64,000 nucleotides of DNA from Candidatus Heimdallarchaeota archaeon (GTDB lineage Archaea; Asgardarchaeota; Heimdallarchaeia; Heimdallarchaeales; Heimdallarchaeaceae), in contig JAHLWR010000019.1 in NCBI GenBank assembly GCA_019057815.1, positions 1-64,000 of the forward strand, read 5' to 3'. A model generated the notes under the pieces. The model was not told the origin of the DNA and ran no database searches. It saw only the letters and a program-made list of their open reading frames with translations. Below are positions 33,901 to 40,600 of this stretch, piece after piece. Both the position numbers and the translations under genes were made by a program. Positions within the stretch are counted from its first letter, which is position 1. Every line of letters starts with the position of its first letter.

Positions 33901-34621
33901 TTACAGGAGTCATTACATCAAAGAAGAAAGAGAAGTTTACTATGGGTTGCCAAGGGATATATACTCCTGGACTCTCCAAAATTATCTTGTTATCCCAAAG
34001 AGGAACTTTTATTGTTTTTGTGTAACTCCAACCATCTCCCCAATCAGTATCTGTAACCGCACCATGGTTTTCAAATGTAAAACCATCAGTTAGAAAATCA
34101 TGATAATATCTGTTGGGAGTATAAAGTTTAATTGAACCTATCGACATATAACCCGAAAGTTCTATACGCATAGAATCGATACCAGCAATGAGATATCCAG
34201 GAATTTGAATGTGGACTGTGCTTGAATCGATATTGTTTTTCGTTAGTGTGTATAGAACTCTTTTAGTGTTTCCATCTTGAAGAGTGATTGTTGATCCACT
34301 TGAAAGTTTGGTTGTAGCGATATTTTCTATTAAAAGCCAAACTTCAGAAGTTATATCACGTATGACATCAAAATTGTTAGTTATGGCAATTTGTCCATCT
34401 TTGACAACAATTTTAGAACTATATTCCCTAACATTGAAAGCACCATTCCAATTATTTCTTGAATATTCTTCATTATCGAAATCATCGATAAAGAACCATA
34501 CTTTGTTATGAGCTGAACTGGGACCGGTAGCTAGTATAGAAAACATCTGTAAAAGAAATACAGAGATTAAAATTGCAGATAAAATTTTATTTTTTGATTG
34601 TTTTTTTAACCATTCGTTCAT
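18929..34621 (-). CDS. Giant secreted protein of about 5230 aa: acidic beta-rich N-terminal two-thirds, hydrophobic hinge, Lys-rich C-terminal region
   Basis: Uninterrupted ORF; signal peptide ILSAILISVFLLQMFSILA; LamG-like motifs (EWNHISL..FILVIN..YDNIQVF); probable start ATG 34621 overlapping the upstream TAA (TAATG) with a GGAGG SD; no C-terminal anchor. Confidence 0.85.
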   Translation of the reverse strand: MNEWLKKQSKNKILSAILISVFLLQMFSILATGPSSAHNKVWFFIDDFDNEEYSRNNWNGAFNVREYSSKIVVKDGQIAITNNFDVIRDITSEVWLLIENIATTKLSSGSTITLQDGNTKRVLYTLTKNNIDSSTVHIQIPGYLIAGIDSMRIELSGYMSIGSIKLYTPNRYYHDFLTDGFTFENHGAVTDTDWGDGWSYTKTIKVPLWDNKIILESPGVYIPWQPIVNFSFFFDVMTPVSYEYETYNYTYTIKIFNLDDPEQQYGEILSSYTIYESWNYPAFNTFSLTDYCGQRLKFEFSFSSPDTRLDCTDGVDIVIYQANIFTNGYSDPVSEEFSPWEFIHSNNHAYYDITTFFGEYYPALATDREGYLATYFIENDQLRYADYLTTELIQNNYTTEDVAIFEDLELSGISVSESCEAVRKDVNVGDFYTSLVFNLSSYDIIAGISISGYRNIKVGIGRTNDKPAIFIYVNDAIDEIIFLNSDYNLLKDNTISVETTFGYNAYLITLNGEEYYYTPSLGGMAIGGNMGFFSKCSTNSKAQIIEFKSISVSGPVRRDSSRFIMLIKSQQNIKVEVTHTVFDLFGIATVESLGVKDVLANKDSYLHFKTPDLRRLEYLQISIINNDPRPLQSPVYLGPMLVLGINPFNTKINPINYFDKGVTSEMVEDTLSYSYETNTPDNFIASYDINIREPCLFEVGVLVDNILPRISIDVYTRKLFSAEPYSFQGTITWTENEEKVFGHVIFLDFSYGDYEIVLQHPHDAYENVTIHYILTRPITSSAIAHTDYTDHNLENVWQLDFNTNEAKSTTQFDVWEEDAYYTLHKPLVENILVDGVFQQLTDWDDVSNAIITPIEGNLAAFIGSVTLEDLNIPIDHSHFPYIYFEIYSTNPLNATKVTFEDNEGNQYEFTINPNNIHDNSLTKSFILANIIGEDPDGDGRVEDSSLKLVKIIFDSYQCSHPVIFKNIHVYRIKNVETFDDYNNKDYAPYISNILLTDFSPFYIERLDNPNIHNPYTSDDKLVDFLNNDDYDLSLEDLSWFLQERDGLAPLFISNTNQPWKYNKDQILESYKQDYTSRVPLLPNYLSPAATILELSFSISNLDNDARDGEVLIELDFVDTLRKKLSQGYYEYYDMGNNIHDYIYGDTVNENYNIKLKGQLFKITEDDGPFEDSIPDCKIIWSIEDTWSPNVIDNVTYSALPFDTSYIYYDNDYIITINYGRPYYGNPMIDDDDYRHNVAYSLLYDFEEKQHFNYPSTCGSFEGFTVSFGDDILLGGTKEDKNYLTNPFVDDDDLSLINYLNKYPLFTQTFLALGAAPISYDMDWTVNRKLFPNYNGEELSLLEYSEFEINTPTLTQMYKDSFSSADYLNLPIGTRIEPILNANLNISEYYLDLVYGCGRLTLETETNGWNQLFGDHTLTEVHNYIHKKLTNSTLPELNKVSFQSTKNIYINNQDWGYASTIDSLYLTFFTHTPSSYLSLDGSNAIGGDWSILDKSPYDFTSPYSIDSGPKGIQWLYDSDTKDFWEQNSFYLSCGYYGHYYNYYMHHYNEWMSFGGHGYLGELKGEPDGQAVDYILLNDDLPHRIVNYDGPIADKFLLKAEFKIDKWSSNDLPTDVLFTSGALILPGENEPEILRIKILHYGHNEDREWTIKYDTNDINNRNNEHRLEHQDITYVYIGNALLGAFPASEEIIINFEILISRDTVHEYLINIYCDSPRYNEGLNWYYYNQYYGSMQNVPFTKDIMENANVHTEYIIEGTNDKYGFEYVHPNYIPLHGDHKVAFENSAYFTDSEEYRLNNIYNDGSFGFTVGFGNDQFTYIDYIPITDSFDEEEIQELEGDYSWSGTTGMGTGYSDSLIMYPNSKFRFVDKLSGNIDITFDLDMFAMNIEDLDNSIEIGLAKVDPYSNYYYTGMKFGYSSFYNEWRSSDSVAVGEVDEDHTYYNLEVISHLSTYKNFFVRLQYDETTHIMRFWIWKWDEIIDLDNYIEVRIDTTTNNLDTTGIKPYISVGGSLLFVHSIFSNTFHYEDDEILTQLPSMNGQGELGDYYLRYNTNQMLNCTGSVNFVYSTEDGSSGPEWSMDFMPSTDFETIITNEYYNDTINEWITVGYIKITHNGVLFGNNSDLLLQITSGDIIKEHEWNHISLNYYYSPIVDIIDENNVTIREGDFILVINEDEYSFNTSVVVGSGEYRFTLSNSIGSVHYDNIQVFNYIEYFSTQKDFEDNWEITVKGGYWKISINAYTTNLYLTIIGCSIQDGLSNITIIINDNYILRDTWTQSSPFPNLEYHRYPINLNVIGNSPNNILKLRFISQGLTSVYGFSLATRESVTDILYTAETYNLEEQREWKDIISTIDPDSGDYSEVTENNAIINPVFVQDSGVIEYILDTIDVKEGLTLSGFVKGKGKIVIEEILCRGNQHIELEFTFGEKSIWYEGSATYTVDVDNHIYITASFPLTLLEDKEKWQYFEIDLYQALAHIPAYDGETSTIDNLSLKYPTRTFNFDVIKIMPNIQTLKEMVESLLFADFKYSLERSTIGEFPSSESKITIDSSEGEQTSALWKIKELGETGVIDIDTIFERAIEPNTVDNYYFMIYADSFAAETIFIEIDSDLPFTIYQSGIAIYTKSDFKRNNAFIPINVHGGTSPILFKIVRPSDNPNHLMHISYIAFGDISIGGSVFQQNEYITQWLYTQPFGSEVLHNTEGLIGLINDICPKKGDRLKTPYGNLEFNQLENDEDTFYIDFGSDIKFIPSAEDYIILYTNLYYAQDLEDAELIIQKGLDNNFGFDIKLFSIDGYQLIQNEDSIFNEVDTSSNTLTIPLLNRYAIPSVYTQGYDDYRGRLGIDLIRPRLDPGPMNWMEGDYVVRNNPYDDLTGDQDLETYYEYKLGIDSKGFHRILMLVQITDTSQPLNISIRLKNRMDKVFEILEPSPIRVNYNVVLSRLDTLMYESKPFDEVAGGTSIIDNEHVLAGGFFRDDLGGFHTYRIYFLGASDFETQLEVESYYRLDEEDEDNLGIPQIYDGGTGVPLASYVLFNMNFAIKIDEGFNNNYMNTYSITAGRWWFRTVPDVNGSYEMLTAPAAPILSEEEISQINSELGALSLTSSSSTNTACYLVGDTEIILDGLGQSRANFIYDPAIHGNFTAEGYNIDGYTLMEGDYVGDDIHQSDPEITRYLSFNEYSNQYIDLLNLDSETDSTTHYFTFTNATTDVETEIIRTVGINTEIIITANDNDFIWTLHNRYIEVIPKADADKYKKTYITSSGSFTIYSNNLDNPDYSGTYVGVFDNPATIQAIQSKIDLPYEIPLSLSGTYEDADYFDPTKSSFAEWFEKLIIQCFNQEEQLDVGDAVDYSSYYMEDGKIKWQCLNLADYNTQDQVKLLDVDVSGLNYIDVRVLRDVFNLKGMEDRFTDWMEGIFDLIQGSYDPFKDSPTHSTWYKIWSFVSKALRIAWNVIKFFWRMMTGFSLGATGGDKGEMLQQRTDYAYVKFHSAFMFFWALILGNSEGAGIPLSYYTGEASESYTVLDKDKCTRTHSILEFDYLWDAYLNHLSTKTISNVNSKLPFADSAYADAVVNSTDSDLANMRDWVTSPNYQPEAYNMCERDSNIFLWFKSKFLKYGPYSIGVYTKEMMASNIQPLGFDDHYLVIAVWDGTSTADGDSYKWLISLDKHYKLSIDQIYIQFGITELEFLTTIEMIGNIFPVIALYEDVRDSIIVQNSFFRALSRIQIPMDIVDIFTRVSLLRNSIKASSRNAKLVDDVLGHQLSMIEFATKQKSIINIHTSLRQAWSYLEYTVFLPWGAFQGSMKLFMKSFGKALIKSNRAFARLPDFLASILSLEMLIKKQRLGSIFALFEVFATSLSKIVTLEKDGRLDNFIKILTPSTFFSQMNEVTSSEVMVKNSLTDTDTIPPDSTVTGKTGVDTNLNIARLTYGFSFISNDHIDRMHTRYTGSTVTSIDAKMKAIDSFKNGFFNYAVPGRTSSQVNTLQTSLILALMALDKNISPKNILGENVLKELDIVAKKIIESEGIITIDENGNPVTKYPAFIQHLKTFQDLMDDRLVSKDALKRFRAVPKETVGELVECATKFDIYLVMKWANDELKKRLNTHTEDDPKPTDGNGAKKKAAIIWEELQEQLTLMGAGGVILPVVFGPDRNSVDDVGVITTSNGIFKFDVSQIEYDADKGITFKDKDWGPIDMNIDYITPKGPRSIDDTNYRQLILNIQGFDMVTKHGAWEFKNNRLWEGMNVVSSANVQSSLGRDMSTLATLIKRKFIPNYFVDSEGKLLSIDIMTKDQIEQFIRYEKGTGYKREFNELNLMRLLNTFTRTIDEKSNGLKTDFETAKRLALKLQLEIMLISGLTVNLVFLKDVFSAEVIDASGRGQLHNMGYKDGDGTTLIDIDEVYHVSVNTDTLKTFLTYKNSLFKGELEGENTYIEAAFMVNVPQPKIGNKPIRSICFVVNKDGVRSNYIVDFEDIKRIHDDYKLYTRPLLEVFINKDEVEGINTGKNCLGTGIDIETDSDGLSTSIIKYTSETVNDPTKPHLFEMVYLDGRNFPAPEGVDPSPSKTILISPLSYDHVKIDSIKGAYLTLRDMKGDEIDGMIKLFFKRGIMGCDYKTDKHPNDLSYRYQRVFLYSLLTTNNVPYLKTDTKTVDGITKISVSYEWVDISLAIKKMEELKKDITSSETDVGTKSKTIESIYNLLIKNMGIDPRCKSDAVIARLSDTIEYYKDLNNAPKIDCYTKTTLKFDIDTEIGVEETIFNPYYLGYKHCNVMDSSILDLDDAISLYDKHMDFLTDAFKENTNARKVVMGGDGAYLRLKKEGLLGKETDPWRYRTNAADGIDYFQSSLITDIYTRYIHKDIKDPSVSLKDMLQKYRPYASRFRANRVNLIHEHASKTYTKYLMYSSFYQKFRDSISKKNNVDFVNNIKKDITPKDGKTARDILYKRVLDHFNNNAYLKPLLKNKMVTIIESGAGIKIFFVEKGDRGKRAFIINLNKFECNVDTLKSLITKLGGKIVDNSEIRWPTTNLEEYKNTDRSLINLINDLDGVRGKSLNAARKALELMYINIDHEKPHNNKPAISLKGLSDREIIDSIALIGMVEKLDDYCSFIKDKKLEYKQDRSIRYLRYIEIKPKETETAGTFKVEINLNTLPTISSLKIFNRVENLRYLVPEALCFDGRPPELFRQFDIAAQNFDKPYEQAHKYEDAQDKGPYKIDDYDYDDDTTNWAHCIMKYVDFWGAGGMFGKKTY

Positions 34622-37600
34622 TATTTCATCCTCCAAGAGAAATTACTATTTTTTATAGATTTGAGAGAAAAGGTTTTACCTATACGAAGTTTAGATCTGA
34701 AAATAACCGAAACAATAATACAGAGAGAAAGTCCAACAATAACGACAGGTAGGACGATAGTATTATCATTAGAACCATTGTTGAGAGTGTATAGGTAGTA
34801 GATTTTACTTACAGTTTCATGACCTGAGGTATCAGAAACTTTGATCCTGAGACAGTATCCTGGAAAATCTTTGGCTTTGAAACTTACATAATATTTTCCA
34901 TCCTTAAGACGCATAGTCTTGTCTTTGTAAACTTCGAGTACTTTGTTGTCGTCTTCTCGTAAAAATTCAAGTTGAACATCGTTAACGTTCTTTTCTTTTA
35001 TTATCGCATTTACATCAATTTGATCACTAATATTTACTAGTTGTGGAATATTGACTTCTAGAATTTCAGGGTAATAGATATCCCCAATTTCGTAGTTATA
35101 AACGTCTGAACTATAGATTTTATGATAATCATTAAAAACAGAGATATAGAACTCTATTTCCTCTTTATATAGAAGATCGATTATCGCACTAGCTTTATCA
35201 AGTTCTTGTGTGTTTGAAAGTAGGGGATATTGTAGATACTCTCCGGTTGATTCTTTAATATTTAACATAACATAATAGTCTATTACAGGTAACTCAAAGG
35301 CTGTACTGAATTCATGAGTAATTTTATCGAAAGACCAATCTAATAATCGTTGCTCTTTAAGTAACCACTGAAAACCTCCTTCAGATGTGAAATATTTATA
35401 AGCTGTAGTAGTTGTTCCTCCATCCGAAGTGGCAATAATACGATAATATGTTCTAACTCCAGCAACAACCCATGCCATGACATAATCATAATGGTAGTAA
35501 GTACCACTTCCGTGTATCATAGTATTAGTTTGATGAGATTGACCGTTGACATACCATTCAACTTCTACTGTTAAGGGACTATCTGGTTCGCTAACATAAG
35601 CGTAAACTGTTACAGCTGTCCCAACTTCTGGTACTCCAGACTTTCCGTAAGAAGTTACGCTAGGTGGAGTAGTATCAAAACCTATTATGTCTACTGTTAC
35701 TGTAGAGGAGAAAACGTTATTGTTTGCCTTATCCCACCCTTTAGCTTGGAATCGCACTTGTCCTCCACCAAGATCAGTCCAAGCTCCAACATTCTTTTTC
35801 CAAGTATTAGAGTCTTCAACATCCATAGTCCCGGAATAGTAAACCCAATCACTCCAAGTACTTTCTCCTTCAGCTTTAGTCTGGTATTTTAACTGGACAT
35901 AATCCATCCCAGAAGAACCCATGCTTTCTTCACTATCTACAAAATCGAAATATAACCAGAAAGTTTCGTCTTCGTAAATAGTACTATCACTTATTGAATA
36001 AGTTTGGTAGATAGGATCTTGATAATCGTCAATTTTAATGAAGTTTTCTACAATATGAGTGCCCCAGTTATAATTAGAATCTTTAGCATCTATTTTAATA
36101 TCATACCATCTATAAGCATCACCGTTGGGTTGCCATGTAAAGGCACTAGAAGGCAAAGTCATATCAAAATTTTGATAAAGGAAAGGATGTTGTGTCATCC
36201 ATCCAAGATAAGTCCAAGTACTTGAATAATGAGGTTTGATGTATATTTTAGCACTAGCAATTTCATCAATTTCGGTTGAGTCACTGATCGTTACATAAAC
36301 TTCAAGTGTTTCGTCGTATTGTATAATATTATCTGTACCACCATTATGTGATAGTGAAACTACTTCAGGACCAGTTTCGTCAAAAATAATCTCAACTACT
36401 TGTGTAACATAGTTGAAATTTGAAGATATTGGACGATTGTCACTTGCAACCCATCGACAGTGAATAGTATCTCCAAGATTCATAGCAGAATTGGGGATAG
36501 TAGCAGAGAAAGAGTTTCCATTCTGTGTAACAGTAAGATAAGTTCGACTGTTAGGATCTGTGGTGTAATAATCAAAACTTACAGCAAGTATGTCGTAACC
36601 TGTAGATATTATTGTTGCTGAAACAGGAAGATCACCATTGTCTCCATAGTCGTCAACGATATAATAAGAAGAGATACCAGGAGCGTAATGGTCATCAATT
36701 GCTAATGTTCCACTAGTTACAGCAGAAGGATTATTTGAGTTATCATACATTTTGACTTCGTAATTGATTGTATCACCAAGATAGATTTCGTCGAAATCTT
36801 GTAAAATAAATGCTAATTCGTTATCACTATAAAATGATAAACTCTGCCAACTGCTCCAACCAACACTGTTTTCGTTTATTAATCTAATATCATCTACCAT
36901 AAATTTCGCACTGTTAGGTGAGAAATATTTACTAGCGTCGTTTGATTGTAACTGAATACGCAAAAGGTTAATATCTGTAGCATCTGTATCTGCATGGAAT
37001 GAATCAAAATAATATTCAAATTCATACCATGTATTTATTTGTGTTATAGTCCAACCAGAATACCTCCATGTATCACTTGCCCAGAAATTAGATGGGTTAG
37101 AGGCAATACCTACACTTAATCGACATGCTGTGGCACCTATTGGTAATTCTGTAATTTTAACTTTAATTTTGAATAAGTTGTATCCGCTGTTTAACATATC
37201 TATTGGACTGGTAAGATAATTATAAACTCCATAATAATAACGAGTTCCTGAACTATCTACTGTGAGTTCTAAGTTTCCTCCAGTTGATGAACGTGAAGAA
37301 TAAAAACTTGAGTCCCATCCATCTAAATCTTCATCAAAATCCCAAGGATCATTTAAGTAATTTGTCGCATAATCACTTATTTCTTTATATCTATATTCAC
37401 CACTTGAACAATAATAATCTCCTGTTGGACCATTATCAATACTTGAAACTTTTATTGTAGCCGAAGTGTCTTCAGCGTTATTGTTAATATCCACATAATC
37501 AGGAGGGTTATTCAGAGTTGGTTGGTTAGGAGCATAAAGATCTAAACTTTCAACATAGAATGTGTGACTTCCTGGGTTACCTAAAGTATCTGAAAATATC

Positions 37601-40600
37601 ACATAACATTGAATGGTATAAACATCAACATGGTCATCATCATTAATAGTTGAAGAGAAAACAACATTATCAGAGGTAGACATTGTTACATAACTTGTCC
37701 ATGCCCCACTAGGAGTTTTATGTTTGAATTGAACTGTGTTAGCATCAACTCCCGTAAGATCGTTCAGCGTTATTTCTACAGGTATTGCAACATCCCACGC
37801 ACTATCAGGAGCATTAACTGATTGAACAGTAGGTGCAACATTTTCCATAACTATGATATATATTATTTTACTACCTGCATTACCGTTATTGTCACCTACA
37901 GATATAATTACTTCTATGACATCATCAGTAACATAAGTTCCTCCTAGAATAGTTGCAGTGAAATGTGTTCCTGGACTTTCAGGTATATCAGCAAAAGACC
38001 ATGGGGGGGAATCTCCTAGAAGTTTATGTCTAACATTAACTCCATCATGTGTAAGTTGGTTGATAGTAGGATCTATTTCATCAATATCTATAGTAATCGT
38101 CCCATCGCAACTTTCTTTGAAAACAGATATACTACTGATTGTTATTATTGGTTTAACGTTATCTATAATAGTAAAATCCAAATTATAGGCGTTAACTGTT
38201 CCTCCTGAACTAGTTGCTCGTATTTCTCCGTTAATTACATACTCATAATAATATTGAGGTATTATAACTTCATATTTTCCTGTTTCATCATTAAGCGTCA
38301 TTGTGAAAGTAATAGTTCCTCCACCGTTAATAGTATATCGAAAAACTACGGAAGAAGGATCTTCACCATTAGTTGTGATAACAGTGTTTATGTATCCATT
38401 ATCTAAATATCCAACATCATCGTTTGATACATTGGGTAATATTTCAAAGAAGTCGATATCGATAGTATCTCCGTTCATTGAATACGGAGTAGAACCCTCT
38501 GTTGTATTTGTAATATATAATCGTATATAACAATAAGTTTTATCGGTGTTTAATGTAGTTGTGACAGTATGCCAATCTCCATCGTCATTAATATTGAACC
38601 AATAACTATCAGAAGTAGCTCCAAAGGGTTCAATATAAAATAATATTCTAATTCTGTTGATAGAGTTTGAAACCTTTTGAGGAATGCGGTAACGGAAAGA
38701 AAGTTGAGAATAATATTCTGTCGAGAAAGGATTGGATTGTAAGTCTACCTCTACGCACCTCCATGTACCACCAACACTTACAAGATGGATGTAGTCATTA
38801 TCTACTGTTTTTGTCATACCCATTCCGTCCCAACCTAACGAAACGTCTTCCCAATCCCACGCTTTAGAAGGTTTTAGTTCAGTCGATGAAATACTTGGAG
38901 CTATTTTGTCTGGAATGTCATAAAAGAAAATCTCGCTAGTATAGGCGTTATTTTTGTTATCATAAACAACTGTATAGTAATATAAATCTAAACCAGCATC
39001 AAGATAACTTTGAGCAATATAAGAGTCGAAATGACTTACACCATTGAATTCTAGAACAAAAGTCATTTGATGGTCAAACCATGAGATATTGTCTTGACTA
39101 TAATAAATATAGGCTCTTTCTATTCCTGAACCACCTAAATTGTCTTCTGTAGCTACTTGAACAAGATAAGATTGATCATTTCCAAGACCATTAGGAAGAT
39201 CTATATCTGCATATACTGGTGCGATTGTGTCAACAACCCATAAAATATAATGACCGCTGAGAGTTAGTAAATTACCCTGAGCATCTCTAATGAGAAAAGT
39301 TATAACTATTTGATCATTATATTCGTAGCCACCACATTCTGTAGGAGTAATAGTATAAACAAATCCTCTATATGTCTCTCCTTCAATAATATTCCAATAA
39401 GAGTCATAATCCATGTTAATAGTACCACTTTGATAACTGGTAGTTCCAGCTGATTCATCGTAAACATAATATGACATTTGGATGGTTACAGGATTACTAA
39501 ATTCATCTCTAGCTCGTAGAATAACATCGAAAGAATAACCAGGATTAATGCTCGATGGATAAATGTGGTTTATATCGTTAGAATAGACATAAGGGTCAAT
39601 CCCATCTGTAAGGTCAACTGTAACATTACTAAAAGTACCCATGTTGCCGTAAATATCAGAATACACATAATGATATGTTAGAAAACCGTCAGTGTACCAG
39701 TCTATGTCGGTATTTGTTACTGATACCCCGTATATTCCGTTGTATTCATTTCCTCCTGCAACCATGCTCATTGGGAAGTAATAACTTGTTGAAGGTTCGG
39801 TCTCTGTTCCATAAGCTACATAAATCCATAATCCCACGCCTATTGTTTCATCTATTCCCGACCAATCCTTAAGATTTATCTGGAAGTCTATATTTTGAGT
39901 ATCATAGTTGTACTCTGTGTGTGTATTTATTTCCGCTAATAGTGGCTCTTCCACGTCTTCAACCCAATAAAATTCAATTATTTCTTCTCCCTCTCCCCCA
40001 TTCCCAAGTGTATCTACAGTTATTATCTTGATAAATAGTCTAGAAATGGTATAAGGTTCATCTACTGAAGGGATATTTGAAAAAGAGAAAGTGTTTTGAT
40101 TATATATTGTACCAAATAGTATCCAGTCTGGATCCGTATTATCAATCATAGCTGAATAATGATTGCCGTCGTATAACGTATCATACCACTCATCCCAATT
40201 AGTCCAGTCTCGCATATAGTAAAAATCAGCTTGCTCAACTCCTGTAAAATCGTAAAGTGTCCCTTCAAATGTGAAGGTATCAGGACTATTGGTAGTACTA
40301 ATAAAATTTGTTAAAGTTGAATCTTGTAATTCAGGACCATAAATATCAATCATAAATTTAGATTCAGGATCATAATCGTTTCTAAAGATAAATTCTATAT
40401 CGTCTATTTCTAACCAATAGCTAGTAGAATTTACACAATTGCTTTCATAAGTTACAATTAATTTCTTAAAACTAAAAATACTTTCGGGCAAAATATCTTT
40501 AATACTGAATTCCAATGTTCTGTAATATTCATCCACAAAATAATAAGGGGTAGAAGAGTCATAGATTAAATATTCATTATCAAGAATATCATAAATTGTT